From Gammaproteobacteria bacterium (GTDB taxonomy: Bacteria; Pseudomonadota; Gammaproteobacteria; Arenicellales; UBA868): 64,000 nucleotides of DNA. The stretch lies in contig JAAZZE010000001.1 in NCBI GenBank assembly GCA_014239255.1, positions 26,414 through 90,413 of the forward strand, given 5' to 3'. Shown piece after piece: positions 1-12,189 of this stretch. The notes under the pieces are model-generated. The model searched no databases and was not told where the DNA came from. It saw only the letters and a program-made list of their open reading frames with translations. Each line of letters begins with the position of its first letter. The stretch's first letter is position 1. Both the position numbers and the translations under genes were made by a program.

Positions 1-656
1 TGGGACGACTCGCTGTCATGCGGACCAAACATCATCAACGACGGCCACCACCAACGATTTAAGGCATCCTGGGCCATGGCTATCTGACTAGCGGTTCCCT
101 TTGCCAGAGTGACCATCATTCCGTAGCCTTGCCGTTGGTGAAAACTCTCCTCCTTGCATATTCGGACCATGGCACGTGCATACGGGCCATAGGAGGTGCG
201 GCACAGACTGATCTGGTTGACAATTGCCGCGCCATCTACCAGCCAGCCGATAGCTCCGATATCTGCCCAGGTCAGTGTGGGGTAGTTGAAGATGTTCGAG
301 TATTTCATCTGCCCTTCGTGAAGTCTGTTAAGCAGTTCTTTGCGCGTAATTCCCAGCGTCTCGGCAGCACTGTAAAGGTACATTCCATGACCACATTCAT
401 CCTGTACCTTGGCCAGTAGACCAATTTTTCGCTCAAGCGTTGGAGCCCGAGTAATCCAGTTTCCTTCAGGCTGCATACCAATGATTTCAGAATGGGCGTG
501 CTGAGCTATCTGACGGATCAACGTCTTGCGATAACCTTCGGGCATCCAGTCTTTGGGTTCGATCTTGATTTCTTCGGCGATTTTCGCCAGAAACTGCTGC
601 TCCAGCTCTTTGTCATCAACTTTCGATTGGGAATTCAATAACTCGTGACCGACCAT
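1..656 (-). CDS. paaA: 1,2-phenylacetyl-CoA epoxidase subunit A (3' end runs off the window)
   Basis: Not in the ORF track. Manual translation from ATG at 656 gives ...[43 protein letters not shown]...[20 protein letters not shown]...[15 protein letters not shown], the PaaA di-iron signature. Divergent from paaG. Confidence 0.95.
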   Translation of the reverse strand, partial: MVGHELLNSQSKVDDKELEQQFLAKIAEEIKIEPKDWMPEGYRKTLIRQIAQHAHSEIIGMQPEGNWITRAPTLERKIGLLAKVQDECGHGMYLYSAAETLGITRKELLNRLHEGQMKYSNIFNYPTLTWADIGAIGWLVDGAAIVNQISLCRTSYGPYARAMVRICKEESFHQRQGYGMMVTLAKGTASQIAMAQDALNRWWWPSLMMFGPHDSESS

Positions 657-685
657 GAACGCCACCCTCGCGATTCGGTTTAATA

Positions 686-726
686 TAATCTGTTACAGAA
701 TAATATATTAAAACAGATAATCTGTG
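686..726. promoter_or_regulatory. AT-rich inverted repeats in the paaA/paaG divergent promoter (candidate repressor operator)
   Basis: TCTGTTACAGA (689-699), TAATATATTA (701-710) and ACAGATAATCTGT (713-725) are palindromes or near-palindromes just upstream of paaA. The cognate regulator was not identified. Confidence 0.45.
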
Positions 727-979
727 TCACTTTAGATAGGAAAGGTTTCCTCCTTAATCGATCTCGTTTGTCTGGCGGCAGGGGTTTTTAAGTTCCAGAG
801 CGGCCAAGACAATGATCACTCTTGGGGGGTGAAGCTGCGATGTCCAGCGGAAATCCTCATATTTACCTGGCTGAACGAAACTGCCTGTGGCAGCGAAAGG
901 CGGGTTTTTGTTTGGTTGCCCCGACACTGCCTTAAGATTACGATAGGTTTGAAATTACCACTTTTAATGGTCCAATCAA

Positions 980-1771
980 ATGGAACAAAATGTTTTGAAA
1001 GAAGAGTTCATTGATGGGTGTCTGGAATTAACCCTGAACCGACCTGAAAGGCTGAATGCTTTTACACCGGAATTGCACAAAGCGTTGCGATCCGCACTGC
1101 AAAAGGCGGCAGATACCCATGCTTGCCGGGTTGTATTGTTAACGGGTGCTGGCCGTGGTTTTTGCGCTGGCCAAGATCTTGGTGCTCCTGATTCCGCACC
1201 GGGCGAAAAACCACGAGACCTGGGCGCGTCGATTGACCAATTTTATAACCCTCTGATCCGTTTAATCCGTTCATTGGAAAAACCGGTTATTTGCGCCGTC
1301 AATGGCGTTGCTGCCGGTGCCGGTGCGAATATTGCCTTTGCTTGTGATCTGGTTATTGCCGCTCGAGGGGCAAGTTTTATTCAAGCCTTTTGTAAGATTG
1401 GATTAATTCCAGATTGTGGCGGAACCTGGACCGTGACCCATCTGATTGGGGAAGCACGGGCAAAAGCCATCATGCTCACCGGCATGCCAATCTCTGCCGA
1501 GCAGGCGGCAAATTGGGGTTTGATTTGGCAGGTATTTGATGACGAGAGCCTTTTAACAGAAGCGCGCGAACTTGCCCAGCGGTTTGCAACCGGCCCGACA
1601 GCGAGCCTCGCTATGACAAAAAGGGCCATTCATGCCGCATCAACTAATGAGCTTGATCAGCAACTCGACCTAGAGCGAGATCTGCAACGAGAGGCGGGGC
1701 GAGGGAAGGATTACACCGAAGGCGTTGCGGCATTTTTGGAAAAACGTGCGCCCAACTTCAAGGGCAGGTAG
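980..1771 (+). CDS. paaG: 2-(1,2-epoxy-1,2-dihydrophenyl)acetyl-CoA isomerase (crotonase family)
   Basis: LTGAGRGFCAGQDL, AVNGVAAGAGANIA, FIQAFCKIGLIPDCGGTW, DYTEGVAAFLEKR; adjacent to paaA. Confidence 0.92.
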   Translation: MEQNVLKEEFIDGCLELTLNRPERLNAFTPELHKALRSALQKAADTHACRVVLLTGAGRGFCAGQDLGAPDSAPGEKPRDLGASIDQFYNPLIRLIRSLEKPVICAVNGVAAGAGANIAFACDLVIAARGASFIQAFCKIGLIPDCGGTWTVTHLIGEARAKAIMLTGMPISAEQAANWGLIWQVFDDESLLTEARELAQRFATGPTASLAMTKRAIHAASTNELDQQLDLERDLQREAGRGKDYTEGVAAFLEKRAPNFKGR

Positions 1772-2147
1772 TTGACTGGGCCAAAGGAGCGAAATTGAGG
1801 TTTCAGTTGCCGAAGGCCTGGAGTTGAGTGGATGATCCTTGCAGGGATGGCCTATTTAATGACTGGAGTTCTTATGGCAAGCTTTAGATCAAGTTGATTG
1901 GAACAAGACTTTTCGTCGTTACCTTGCACTAAGTAGTACAGCTAATCGCAAATTTGTCGGAAGGTGGCCAACTTGACTCCAGATCCTAGCGCGGCTGTTA
2001 GAAATAATACCAGACCCGCGCGTCACTGGACTTGCCTGCCGGTACGTTTAAAGTCCAAAGGCAGGTTGTCCGATTGGCATCGCCGGTTTATGGTGGGTGC
2101 AGTATCCAGAACTTCACTTGCGAGTTAAGACCAGGACAAAACCCTAA

Positions 2148-2999
2148 ATGGACCGTCATTATGCTTTTGCGATTGTAGCGCCAATTTTCTGGAGCCTTGC
2201 AGGGGTGATCGTCAAGTCCCTTGAGCAGGCAACAGAATGGCAGATTAATTTCTACCGCTGTGGGTCATTGGCTATTTTCGTGGCATTGGTTACTCTGTTG
2301 CGTTATCGCCACTCGACCCTCGTTGTTATTCGCTCTGGGAGCCTGAAGGCATTACTTGCTGGGGCTCTGCTCAGTGGGGCGATGATCTGTAACATCGTTG
2401 CTCTCAAATACACCACGGTAGCAGTAGCGGTGTTGGTGATGGCTGCTGCGCCGATATTTGCGGCGCTATTGGGACGCGTGTTTCTGAGTGAGACGGTTGG
2501 AATCCGTGGGTGGATCAGTGTTGTATTAGCTATTGTCGGTCTCGCGATTATGGTGGGTGGGAGACTCCAGTTAGGCGACACCTTTGGAGTGGCAGTCGCT
2601 ATTCTTGGTATTATGTTTTTTGGTGCTTATACCGTTAGCCTGAGGGTAGGTAAGATGCTTGATATGACACCGGCAGTCTTCTATGGGGGTGTGATCGGTG
2701 CGTTGGTCGGAATGTCAATGAGCTTTGTGACTGGAGTGGGGCTGGCAATACCCCTGGTCGAGGCATTTTGGTGCACCTTACTCGGCATCGTTCAATTAGG
2801 GATTGGCAGCGTACTATTTGCGTTGGCCGCGCAAACGGTCCCTGCGGTTCAATTGACGATTTTCGCGCTGGGCGAGCCGTTATTGGCCCCATTATGGGCG
2901 TGGGTGGGTATTGGCGAAGTCCCGTCCTGGGCAACGATGATCGGTGGCGGCGTACTTTTCAGTGCGCTCGGGTTTCAGGTCTCAGCAAAACACTCCTAA
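2148..2999 (+). CDS. DMT/EamA-family transporter
   Basis: About 10 hydrophobic helices in two EamA repeats, with AAPIFAALLG..FLSE and EPLLAPLWAW..IGE motifs. Confidence 0.85.
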   Translation: MDRHYAFAIVAPIFWSLAGVIVKSLEQATEWQINFYRCGSLAIFVALVTLLRYRHSTLVVIRSGSLKALLAGALLSGAMICNIVALKYTTVAVAVLVMAAAPIFAALLGRVFLSETVGIRGWISVVLAIVGLAIMVGGRLQLGDTFGVAVAILGIMFFGAYTVSLRVGKMLDMTPAVFYGGVIGALVGMSMSFVTGVGLAIPLVEAFWCTLLGIVQLGIGSVLFALAAQTVPAVQLTIFALGEPLLAPLWAWVGIGEVPSWATMIGGGVLFSALGFQVSAKHS

Positions 3000-3724
3000 T
3001 CCGCGGGTCTTGGCAAAAGCAGAGCGAACCGCTGGGTCCAATAGAGAAAACAGGCGGTGCCAATTCCCGAGGCGCCAAATAGCATGCACATCACCAGAAT
3101 CTGGTAACGGGCAGCAATCAATGGTGATATACCTGAAAGAATCTGACCGGTCATCATACCAGGCAAAGACACCAGTCCAACCGCTAAGAGGGAGTTGACC
3201 AATGGATTCATTGCGGCCTGGAAAGCATGTTGGCGAGCTTCGCCGGACTCATGCCCCGTGTTTAGCTCAGCATGATAGCGTTCGGCTGCAATGCTTACTG
3301 AGTTCATGGTGTTGGCAAAAATCATACCCGCCAGGGGAATAAGGTAACGAGGTTCGTACCAGGGGCTGATGTTGATTACGACGCCGGTAGCAAGGATAAG
3401 GACCGGGAAACCGCCAACGGTAATTGCCGCAACTGATACCCAGTAAAGGCCTGGCCGCTGATTTCCCAACGGTCGCAATGCAATCCAACTGGCGACGGTA
3501 ACCATGATAAGGAGTACCGCTGAGATGACAACTGGACTATCGGAGCGAAAAAGAAAAACCAGTACATAACCAATCACAAGCAACTGAGACAACATTCGGA
3601 TAACACCATAGATTGTTGCCCCGGCCGATAAGGACCAACGCCATTGGATCAGTACAACAACCAGTACCGGAATGAAGATCAGCAGCAGTCGTGCCAGTGG
3701 GATCGATTCTACCGAAGGGCCCAT
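2996..3724 (-). CDS. FetB/YbbM (UPF0014)-type ABC permease
   Basis: RMLSQLLVIGYVL, WYEPRYLIPLAGMIFANTMN, VGLVSLPGMMTGQILSG..P..AARYQI motifs. Confidence 0.85.
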   Translation of the reverse strand: MGPSVESIPLARLLLIFIPVLVVVLIQWRWSLSAGATIYGVIRMLSQLLVIGYVLVFLFRSDSPVVISAVLLIMVTVASWIALRPLGNQRPGLYWVSVAAITVGGFPVLILATGVVINISPWYEPRYLIPLAGMIFANTMNSVSIAAERYHAELNTGHESGEARQHAFQAAMNPLVNSLLAVGLVSLPGMMTGQILSGISPLIAARYQILVMCMLFGASGIGTACFLYWTQRFALLLPRPAD

Positions 3725-3821
3725 AGATAAAGAGGCGAGCTCCCGCTGACCAGGTACTTGAAGATCGGAGTCAACGGCCTAAGTTCAAGCGGCCATAGTG
3801 TCAAATCGATTGACTCGACGC

Positions 3822-4088
3822 TCAGATTTTCTTCTTGGGAACAGTGCGAAGATTCAGGTCCTCGATAAGAACCGTGCAATATTGTGCTACTTCACGCTTG
3901 GTACCTTGGCGATAGCCCGTGACCGAAGATACTGAGTTAGCCACTACGTATCGGTAGCAGGTGCCGTTGGAGCCGCCACTGGGTAGTTCGGCCTTTTCTA
4001 TTTCTACTACGTTGTAGGATAGATGTGGGAAATCTTCAAAGTTCAGGACTGGTTCGGGTTTTTTTGATGAGGCCCTGGAGTGAGCCAT
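3822..4088 (-). CDS. hypothetical protein (88 aa)
   Basis: Clean ORF filling an intergenic gap, with protein-like composition (YRYVVANSVSSVTGYRQGT); no recognisable domain. Confidence 0.6.
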   Translation of the reverse strand: MAHSRASSKKPEPVLNFEDFPHLSYNVVEIEKAELPSGGSNGTCYRYVVANSVSSVTGYRQGTKREVAQYCTVLIEDLNLRTVPKKKI

Positions 4089-4456
4089 AGGGGGGGACTC
4101 CGTTTATAGCAGTTGACTGCCCCGCGATCAGTTGACTCGAGGACTGCGAGTCAACGCAGTTCACGACCAACCTGGGCAATATTCGAATGGCCTTCGATTA
4201 TAGCATATCAATCACTGGCTTTAGAGTTATCCAGCCTTTGCTCTTTATGTGAGCGGACCAAGTTCTGCCTAACCGCAGGGGGCATAGCCAGTTGTGCCTT
4301 GCTCAAGTTATCACTCAGCGGAAAAAATGGCTCAAATTCGAGAACTGACAGAGGCACTCAGGTTTCAGTTTCGATTTTAGGAGATAGCGCCAAAACTGGG
4401 CAACCAATGCATAGCCGAGCCGGTTATTATTCTAGTGAATGATAGGTTTGCCGGGT

Positions 4457-5893
4457 TTAGCGATTTATTTTGTGAATTGCCCGTCCGGCCGTAGCCAGCG
4501 CCGCTTCATGGGTTGCTTCGGCGAGGGTCGGATGGGCATGAACGGTCCGCGCAAGATCTTCTGCACTGGCTTCCATCGCCATAGCAAACCCCGCTTCGCA
4601 GATGAGTTCTGATACTTGTGGGCCAATCATGTGGGCGCCCAGGACGCGATCGGTGTCAGCGTGAGCCAGGATTTTGACAAACCCATCGGTCATCCCAGCA
4701 GCCTTAGCCCGGCCGGTTGCCGCAAAAGGGAAGACCCCGGCCCGATATTCGATAGCGTCGGTTTTGAGCTGCGTCTCGGTAGCGCCAACCCAGGCAATCT
4801 CTGGATCTGTGTAGATAACCCAGGGAATGGTCGCAAAATCAACGTGGCCTGCGCCCAAAGCAATATGCTCAGCGACCGCGACACCTTCTTCAGATGCCTT
4901 ATGCGCCAGCATGGGCCCACGGACCAGGTCGCCAACGGCCCAGACGCCGTCTATCGCAGTAGCGCAGTTCTGATCTACTTCAACAAAACCGCGTTGGTTA
5001 ATTTGAAGGCCACAAGCTGGATCCAGCAGGCCAGCACTGCAGGGGCGTCGGCCAACGGCAACGATCAGGCGCTCCACCGCAACCGACCGGTCATCTGTAC
5101 CATGGCGATAATTGATAGTGCAGTTCTGGGAGGTGCAGTCCACCTGAGTTACCTGGCAACCTAATCGTATGTCCAGCCCTTGCCGGGAAAATTGTTTTTG
5201 AGCCTCGCGTGCGATCATAGGATCGGCGCTGGGTAAAAATTTGTCGAGCGCTTCCAGTATGACAACCTTCGACCCGAGGCGCCGCCAGACACTGCCCAAC
5301 TCCAGGCCAATGACACCAGCGCCGATAATGCCCAGTGTCGATGGGGCCGTATCGAAATCCAGCGCTCCGGATGAGTCAAAAATGGTTTCGCCATTGGGTT
5401 CGATACCTGGTAGCACCGTTGGCTCGGAGCCACTGGCAAGGATGACATGCTGAGCGCTGATCACCTGGTCCTTGCCCTGGCTGTCTGACGCCCTGACGCG
5501 GACCTTGCCCGGTGCAATCAGGCAACCATGGCCATTGATCGAGGTCACCTTGTTGGCTTTGAATAACGCTCCAATGCCACCAGTCAATTCGCTGACAATG
5601 CGGCGTTTACGTTGCTGCATCTGCTCAATATTGATCTCGACAGGCCCTGTCTGAATACCGTGTTCGGCCGAGTGTTCTTTGAGTTGCTCGAAACGTTCGG
5701 AACTGTCCAGCAGTGCTTTAGATGGAATGCAACCGACATTAAGGCAGGTGCCACCTGGAGAGGGCTTGTTGTCATTGTCGGTCCAGCGGTCAATACAGGC
5801 AGTCTTAAGCCCGAGTTGAGCACAGCGTATGGCCGCGACATAACCGCCCGGTCCAGCGCCGATAACAATGACATCAAAGTCGGATGAACTCAT
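4457..5893 (-). CDS. lpdA: dihydrolipoyl dehydrogenase (E3)
   Basis: GAGPGGYVAA, redox disulfide GGTCLNVGCIPSK, GAGVIGLE, HAHPTLAE; third gene of the suc operon. Confidence 0.97.
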   Translation of the reverse strand: MSSSDFDVIVIGAGPGGYVAAIRCAQLGLKTACIDRWTDNDNKPSPGGTCLNVGCIPSKALLDSSERFEQLKEHSAEHGIQTGPVEINIEQMQQRKRRIVSELTGGIGALFKANKVTSINGHGCLIAPGKVRVRASDSQGKDQVISAQHVILASGSEPTVLPGIEPNGETIFDSSGALDFDTAPSTLGIIGAGVIGLELGSVWRRLGSKVVILEALDKFLPSADPMIAREAQKQFSRQGLDIRLGCQVTQVDCTSQNCTINYRHGTDDRSVAVERLIVAVGRRPCSAGLLDPACGLQINQRGFVEVDQNCATAIDGVWAVGDLVRGPMLAHKASEEGVAVAEHIALGAGHVDFATIPWVIYTDPEIAWVGATETQLKTDAIEYRAGVFPFAATGRAKAAGMTDGFVKILAHADTDRVLGAHMIGPQVSELICEAGFAMAMEASAEDLARTVHAHPTLAEATHEAALATAGRAIHKINR

Positions 5894-5952
5894 CAGTGAT
5901 TCGTACGATCAGGCAATAGGAGCATGCATTGCCGCCCCGAAAATTTGAGACA

Positions 5953-7179
5953 CTAGACCTCCAGTAGCAGTCGGGCTGGATCTTCCAATGCTGCCTTGAT
6001 CGCAATTAAGAACGACACAGCGTCGGAACCATCAATAATACGGTGATCGTAGGATAGTGCGAGGTACATCATTGGTCGGATGACTACAGCTCCATCAAGC
6101 GCCATGGGCCGTTCCTGAATTTTGTGCATGCCCAGAATCGCACTTTGTGGTGGGTTCAGGATCGGGGTGGACAGCATCGATCCAAAAACCCCCCCGTTGG
6201 TGATCGTAAAGGTGCCCCCGGTCAAGTCTTCCAGGCGCAAGGTACCATCTTGGGCCTGTTGCCCGAATTCGACGATCTTGGATTCAATATCTGCAAGCCC
6301 TCTCTGGTCCGCATCGCGCAGGACCGGAACGACAAGCCCTCGTGGAGAGGACACCGCGATACCGATGTCGTAAAAATCATGGTAAATGATGTCGTCACCA
6401 TCCACCGCGGCGTTAAGGATCGGGAAACGCTTGAGCGCTTCAACACAAGCTTTGACAAAGAATGACATGAAGCCCAGACGTACCCCATGTATCTTTTCGA
6501 AGGTCTCACGGTAGCGAGCACGCAATGCCTTTACCTCGTGCAGATCAACCTCGTTAAAAGTAGTTAGGATCGCGGCATTGTGTTGAGCCTGAACCAGTCG
6601 TGAGGCGATAGTGCGGCGTAGACGGCTCATCGGTTCGCGACGGCTTTCGCGTGGCCCGGTCGGTGTTTTTGAATCCGTATCGACTTGTTGAGGGGCGCTG
6701 AGGTCTTCTTTTAGTATGCGCCCACCCCGACCGCTACCGGATATCTGATCCAGGTCTATATTTTCAACAGCTGCCTGGTGGCGTGCTGCCGGCCCTATGG
6801 GCGCTGTACGCTCAGCTGCTGTGGTTGCTGTTGTCTGCTTTGCTTGAGATGGGGGCGGTGAGGCGGTGTCATTTGCGGGCTGTTTTCCGTTAGAGGGGTC
6901 CGCGACAGGACTGCCTGTGTCATGAGTCGTTCCATGCTCAGCCGCTTCTTCAAACAGGGCAATTACGTCATTCGCCAACACTGTTTCGCCTTCGGCGTGT
7001 AATATTTTGATAATAACCCCGTCACGCGGAGCGGGCACCTCAAGTACGACCTTCTCGGTTTCGATGTCCACCAGGTTGTCATCGCGACGAACCGGATCAC
7101 CGATCTTGGCATGCCAGTGGAGCATAGTGGCGTCTGCCACCGACTCGGGCAACATGGGGACTCTGATTTCAACTGGCAT
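5953..7179 (-). CDS. sucB: 2-oxoglutarate dehydrogenase E2 (dihydrolipoyl succinyltransferase)
   Basis: Lipoyl domain [22 protein letters not shown], catalytic [10 protein letters not shown]. Likely start is the ATG at 7179 (MPVEIRVP). Confidence 0.96.
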   Translation of the reverse strand: MPVEIRVPMLPESVADATMLHWHAKIGDPVRRDDNLVDIETEKVVLEVPAPRDGVIIKILHAEGETVLANDVIALFEEAAEHGTTHDTGSPVADPSNGKQPANDTASPPPSQAKQTTATTAAERTAPIGPAARHQAAVENIDLDQISGSGRGGRILKEDLSAPQQVDTDSKTPTGPRESRREPMSRLRRTIASRLVQAQHNAAILTTFNEVDLHEVKALRARYRETFEKIHGVRLGFMSFFVKACVEALKRFPILNAAVDGDDIIYHDFYDIGIAVSSPRGLVVPVLRDADQRGLADIESKIVEFGQQAQDGTLRLEDLTGGTFTITNGGVFGSMLSTPILNPPQSAILGMHKIQERPMALDGAVVIRPMMYLALSYDHRIIDGSDAVSFLIAIKAALEDPARLLLEV

Positions 7180-10000
7180 TTGATTGTGCCTCTTCAGATT
7201 GCTCAACTTTGAAAAGTAGCCCAGCCCCCAGAGCCTCGCTCACCAACTGTTTTTGTTCTGTAAGGTATTGCTGATAGGAGCCGGCAGCCGGTGCCGCTGA
7301 AGCTTGGCGGCTGACATATTCGAGAGACTGATCACTCGCCACCGCTCGACCGAGGTGATTCTGAATGCGATGCCAGGAGCCCTGGTTGCGTGGTTCCTCC
7401 TGACACCATACCACCTTGCGCCGGTTGGGGTAGTGATTCAGTATGGTTTCAAGATGATCCTGTGGAAACGGGTACAACTGCTCGATCCGTATGATCGCGG
7501 TATCGGTCTGCTGCCGATGGGTCCGTTCCTCAAGCAGATCAAAGTAGACTTTCCCTGAACACAGAATGATCCGCTTGACTGCTGTGGGATCCAGGGCGTC
7601 GACCTCATCAAGCACTGGGTGAAAAGCGCCTTGGGTCAGATCAGAAGCCGGCGAGATGGAGGCGCGGTGGCGCAGCAGACTCTTGGGCGTCATAACAATC
7701 AGCGGTCGGCGCAGTAGTCGGATCATTTGCCGCCGGAGCATGTGAAAAAACTGAGCTGGGGTAGTCGGCATACAAACCTGCATGTTGTTATCGCCACAAA
7801 GTTGCAGAAAACGCTCGAGGCGCGCAGAGGAATGTTCGGGGCCCTGGCCTTCCATGCCATGTGGCAGAAAAAGCGTGAGCCCGCACAATCGTTGCCATTT
7901 AGCTTCACCGCTACTGATGAACTGGTCAATGACAACCTGCGCACCATTGGCGAAATCGCCGAACTGCGCTTCCCAGATCGTGAGTGTGCGAGGCTCTGTA
8001 GTCGCATAGCCGTACTCAAAACCCAGAACTGCTTCTTCAGATAAGAGTGAATCGATTACCAAAAATTGCGATGGATCATCACCAATAGTGCGCAGCGGTA
8101 CATAGGGGTTTCGGCGAGCCTGGTTCTTAAGTACCGCGTGGCGATGCGAAAAGGTTCCCCGCCCCGAGTCTTGCCCTGAGATACGCACAGCGTAACCATC
8201 CTGGATCAGGGATCCATAGGCCATGGTCTCGGCAAAACCCCAATCCATTGGTATTTCACCCGTCGCCATCTGAGTGCGGCTATCCAGTATACGGCGTACC
8301 CGCGGGTGAGGATCAAAGTCTTCAGGCAGGGTCACCAGTTGGTCATTGAGGTCAATTACCCGCTTGGCGCTGATAGCGGTATCCACCGGATCAGTCCAGC
8401 GCGCGGTGATATAAGGTGACCAGTCGACGAGATACAGCGACTTATCTGGGTTGGTGGCTGGAGGGTGGACCACCTGCCCCTGGTCAAGTGCATCCCGGTA
8501 GCGCTCAACCATAGCATCACTGTCTATGGTGGTGATCACGCCTTCGTCAGCAAGTCGCCTCGCATACCGTTGGCGTGTGGTAGGCAGGTTACGGATGACG
8601 CGGTACATGTTCGGCTGGGTAATTGCCGGTTCGTCTGCTTCATTGTGACCCAGTCGGCGGTAACAGAGCATATCGACTACGACGTCTTTGTTGAAAGTCA
8701 TGCGAAAGTCGTGAGCCAACCGGCTGGCAAATATTATGGCGTCAGGGTCATCGCCATTAACGTGAAAAATTGGTGCCTGTACCATTTTAGCCACCTCAGT
8801 ACAGTAAGGCGTCGAGCGGGCGTCGAGCGGGTTTCGAGTGGTGAAGCCGATCTGATTATTGATGACGATATGGACAGTGCCCCCGGTTGAGAAGCCGCGC
8901 GTGTTAGACATGTTGAGGGATTCCATCACCACACCCTGGCCGGCAAAGGCCGCGTCTCCATGGATAAGCACGGGGAGCACAGTGTTTTTTTCGTCGTCTT
9001 TACGTCTATCCTGGCGGGCCCGTACCGAGCCCTCAACTACTGGGTTAATAATCTCCAGATGAGAAGGGTTAAACGCCAAGGCCATATGCAGTACGCCGCC
9101 AGGTGTTTCAATATCGGCAGAAAATCCCTGGTGGTACTTCACATCACCGGTATTCCTCTGACCAGCGTTGCTGGTGGTTTTACCTTCGAATTCACCGAAC
9201 AGTTCTTCGGGCGATTTCCCCAGTATATTGACCAGTACATTGAGCCGGCCCCGATGAGCCATCCCGACGACGATCTCTTTGATGCCAGCTCCACCGGCCC
9301 GCTGGATCAGATCGCCGAGCATTGGCACCAGAGCCTCCCCACCTTCAAGTGAGAAACGTTTTTGCCCAACGTAACGGGTGTGCAGGTAACGCTCTAGTCC
9401 TTCGGCCGCAGTCAAGCGCTGCAACAGGTGTCGGCGAAAGTCGGCGTCCGTGGATGCCCGCACGGGTTCGCATTCCAACCGCTCCTGTAACCAGCGCTTT
9501 TGTGCTGTATCGGTGATGTACATGTACTCGATGCCCAGTGGCCCGCAATAGGTGGCATCGCACAATTCAAGGATCCGGCTGAGCGGCATCTGTACTGGCC
9601 CAAATGCAAGCGAGCCGGTATCGAAAGAGGTTGAGAGATCGGCTTTTTCCAAGCCCTGTGCTTTTAAGTCGAAATCCTCTGGCACTTCAGGTCGAGCCAG
9701 GCCCAACGGATCGGTAGTCGCAATACTATGTCCGCGGGTGCGGTAAGCGTTAATGAGGCGCAGCACTGCTGCCTGTTTGCGGCCATATTCCGCTTGATCC
9801 GTTGCCTGAAGATCTGTGGTTGTTGCAGCAGAGTTGGTAGTCGGCTCATTCGCCAGATTGTGAAAAACCTGTTGCCAGCTGGGGTCCACACTGTCCGGGT
9901 TGTTCCGGTAGCGGCTATGAAGGTCTTCGAGGTAGGCGCGATTCCCCCCGGAAAGAAAATCTGCGTTGGTGACCGATCCCCGGCCAGTCTTTGTGCTCAT
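7169..10000 (-). CDS. sucA: 2-oxoglutarate dehydrogenase E1
   Basis: [30 protein letters not shown] (ThDP site), [26 protein letters not shown]. Confidence 0.97.
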   Translation of the reverse strand: MSTKTGRGSVTNADFLSGGNRAYLEDLHSRYRNNPDSVDPSWQQVFHNLANEPTTNSAATTTDLQATDQAEYGRKQAAVLRLINAYRTRGHSIATTDPLGLARPEVPEDFDLKAQGLEKADLSTSFDTGSLAFGPVQMPLSRILELCDATYCGPLGIEYMYITDTAQKRWLQERLECEPVRASTDADFRRHLLQRLTAAEGLERYLHTRYVGQKRFSLEGGEALVPMLGDLIQRAGGAGIKEIVVGMAHRGRLNVLVNILGKSPEELFGEFEGKTTSNAGQRNTGDVKYHQGFSADIETPGGVLHMALAFNPSHLEIINPVVEGSVRARQDRRKDDEKNTVLPVLIHGDAAFAGQGVVMESLNMSNTRGFSTGGTVHIVINNQIGFTTRNPLDARSTPYCTEVAKMVQAPIFHVNGDDPDAIIFASRLAHDFRMTFNKDVVVDMLCYRRLGHNEADEPAITQPNMYRVIRNLPTTRQRYARRLADEGVITTIDSDAMVERYRDALDQGQVVHPPATNPDKSLYLVDWSPYITARWTDPVDTAISAKRVIDLNDQLVTLPEDFDPHPRVRRILDSRTQMATGEIPMDWGFAETMAYGSLIQDGYAVRISGQDSGRGTFSHRHAVLKNQARRNPYVPLRTIGDDPSQFLVIDSLLSEEAVLGFEYGYATTEPRTLTIWEAQFGDFANGAQVVIDQFISSGEAKWQRLCGLTLFLPHGMEGQGPEHSSARLERFLQLCGDNNMQVCMPTTPAQFFHMLRRQMIRLLRRPLIVMTPKSLLRHRASISPASDLTQGAFHPVLDEVDALDPTAVKRIILCSGKVYFDLLEERTHRQQTDTAIIRIEQLYPFPQDHLETILNHYPNRRKVVWCQEEPRNQGSWHRIQNHLGRAVASDQSLEYVSRQASAAPAAGSYQQYLTEQKQLVSEALGAGLLFKVEQSEEAQSNAS

Positions 10001-10125
10001 CCGCCAGGCGTTACTTGCTCGCAGCTCAAAATGGGTGTTGCGGGTCTGTCGTCAGAGTAAAAAAGGATCAAGAAAAATTATACGCTATATCCGTTCGGTG
10101 TGAAATGAAATTATGGTCTGGTAAC

Positions 10126-10581
10126 TCAGCGGGTCCCAGTATGACCGAAGCCACCCGTTGACCGCTCGCTCTTGTCAAAGGCTTCTACTACCTCAAAGGC
10201 TGCCTGCACCACAGGTACGATCATCATCTGGGCAATACGGTCACCGGGATTAATCTGGAAGGCTTCACCACCGCGGTTCCAGCAGGAAATCTTGACTTCT
10301 CCTTGGTAGTCGCTATCGATTAGTCCCACCAGGTTACCCAGAACAATGCCATGTTTATGGCCCAACCCCGAGCGGGGCAGCAGCACCGCAGCATGAGATG
10401 GATCACCGATATGAATCGCTATGCCGCTAGGAATCAGTTCGCACTGGCCTGGTTGGATTGTCAGCGGGGCGTCAAGGCAGGCGACGAGGTCAATACCGGC
10501 CGAACCTTGTGTGGCATATGCCGGAAAGGCAAATTCATCACCCAGGCGCTTGTCGATGACTTTAAGCTGGATTTTTTGCAT
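10126..10581 (-). CDS. dut: dUTP diphosphatase
   Basis: [37 protein letters not shown]. Likely start MQKIQLK at 10581. Confidence 0.96.
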   Translation of the reverse strand: MQKIQLKVIDKRLGDEFAFPAYATQGSAGIDLVACLDAPLTIQPGQCELIPSGIAIHIGDPSHAAVLLPRSGLGHKHGIVLGNLVGLIDSDYQGEVKISCWNRGGEAFQINPGDRIAQMMIVPVVQAAFEVVEAFDKSERSTGGFGHTGTR

Positions 10582-11770
10582 GATATCGTCGTGCGATCTC
10601 TTCGACCAATCGCCTGGCAAGCTCAGTCTTGCTATCGTGTCCAAGCTCGACTCGATCGTGCTGGCTGATCAGTGTCAGAGTGTTATGGTCGCTGCCGAAT
10701 GGGTCGTCATTGCCACCCACCTGATTTACTGCGATCAGGTCGAGACCCTTGTTTTTTAACTTCTGACGGGCATAAACAAGGGGCTGGTCAGTCTCAGCCG
10801 CAAAACCGACGGTAAATGGTGGATCTGATTGTTGTGCCACCGTCGACAGGATATCGGGGTTGCGCACAAATTCAACCACAAGCGTTTGCGCATCTTTTTT
10901 CATTTTTGTGGGCGCGACCTGTGCAGGTCGGTAGTCAACAACAGCCGCGACTCCAATAAAGATATCGAACCCGGATACATCCGATTCGACCGCGCCAAGC
11001 ATCTCTTTTGCCGTTGTGACGTTCTTCAATTCAATCCCAGTCGGTGGCGTTATCGTAACGGGGCCGCTGATCAGAGACACGCTTGCGCCGGCACGTTTTG
11101 CCGCGCTTGCGACCGCGTAACCCATTTTTCCGGAGCTGTGATTGGATAAACCACGAACGGGATCAAGCGCCTCCCAAGTGGGGCCGGCCGTAACCATGAC
11201 CCGAAGGTTCTCCAGAGGCCCCGGGTTCGGGGAATTGCTCAAGCATTCCAAAAGCTCGTCCGGCTCGAGCATCCGTCCGGGACCTGTATCCCCACATGCC
11301 TGCGGTCCTTCGGCAGGGCCCAGTAGTGTAATACCATCTGCCAGAAGGGTTGCCAGATTGCGCTGGGTGGTTGGTTTGTGCCACATGGCCTGGTTCATTG
11401 CCGGTGCCAGGATTACCGGCGCCGATGTTGCCAGGCAAACGGTGCTAAGCAGATCCGAAGCCAGACCGGCAGCGAGGCGCGCAATAAAGTCAGCGCTTGC
11501 GGGAGCGACCACAATAGTGTCTGCCCAGCGCCCAAGCTCAATGTGACCCATGCCAGACTCAGCTTCTGGATCCAGCAGGGTGTCGCGAACCGGTCGGCCG
11601 CTGAGTGCTTGCAAGGTGAGCGGAGCAATAAAGGCTTTTGCGGCCTGGGTCATAATGACCTGCACCTGGGCCCCCTGCCCACATAGTCGGCGAACAAGCT
11701 CGGCAGATTTATAGGCGGCAATACCGCCAGTAATGCCTACAATGAAGTGCTGATCAGCGAGACGGGACAT
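10562..11770 (-). CDS. coaBC: phosphopantothenoylcysteine decarboxylase/ligase
   Basis: [49 protein letters not shown]. Likely start is the ATG at 11770. Confidence 0.96.
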   Translation of the reverse strand: MSRLADQHFIVGITGGIAAYKSAELVRRLCGQGAQVQVIMTQAAKAFIAPLTLQALSGRPVRDTLLDPEAESGMGHIELGRWADTIVVAPASADFIARLAAGLASDLLSTVCLATSAPVILAPAMNQAMWHKPTTQRNLATLLADGITLLGPAEGPQACGDTGPGRMLEPDELLECLSNSPNPGPLENLRVMVTAGPTWEALDPVRGLSNHSSGKMGYAVASAAKRAGASVSLISGPVTITPPTGIELKNVTTAKEMLGAVESDVSGFDIFIGVAAVVDYRPAQVAPTKMKKDAQTLVVEFVRNPDILSTVAQQSDPPFTVGFAAETDQPLVYARQKLKNKGLDLIAVNQVGGNDDPFGSDHNTLTLISQHDRVELGHDSKTELARRLVEEIARRYHAKNPA

Positions 11771-11931
11771 GGTTTGAGAGTCTAACGGTTGCTGGCGTGC
11801 CGGGGAAATCACAGGATGTTCATCGGCTTCTAGCACCGAAAGTGGAAAGATTGCTCCGCTCCCCTAGGAAAAAGGATCAAAATCTGGTATAAAACGCGGC
11901 CTTTACAGGATACAGCGCGGGTATTTCAGCC

Positions 11932-12168
11932 ATGGCTAGAGTTTGCCAGGTAACCGGTAAGCGGGTGATGACAGGAAACAACGTATCACACGCGCATAAC
12001 AAGACCAAACGGGTTTTCAAGCCCAACATCCATGATCGACGTTTTTGGGTTCCAAGCGAGAATCGCTGGGTTCGCCTACGCGTATCTCATCAGGGTTTGC
12101 GGATTATAGATAAAAAAGGTATCGATACCGTGCTCGAAGAGCTTCGTGGTCGAGGCGAGAAAGTTTAA
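11932..12168 (+). CDS. rpmB: 50S ribosomal protein L28
   Basis: [32 protein letters not shown]. Confidence 0.98.
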   Translation: MARVCQVTGKRVMTGNNVSHAHNKTKRVFKPNIHDRRFWVPSENRWVRLRVSHQGLRIIDKKGIDTVLEELRGRGEKV

Positions 12169-12189
12169 TAAGCCAGGGGGAATCGGATA

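Noticed and set aside
129-419. 96-aa plus-strand ORF in the track
   Set aside because: Antisense shadow of paaA, which the track missed because the gene runs off the window.
2068-2084. 17-bp exact match GTCCGATTGGCATCGCC to 58049-58065
   Set aside because: A single match with no flanking similarity; one such match by chance is plausible in 64 kb.
10040-11880. AAAAAGGATCAA upstream of both sucA and coaBC/rpmB
   Set aside because: Low-complexity 12-mer, not palindromic, at different distances from the starts.
11771-11931. No radC between coaBC and rpmB
   Set aside because: radC is variably present at this locus, and the gap shows no remnant.
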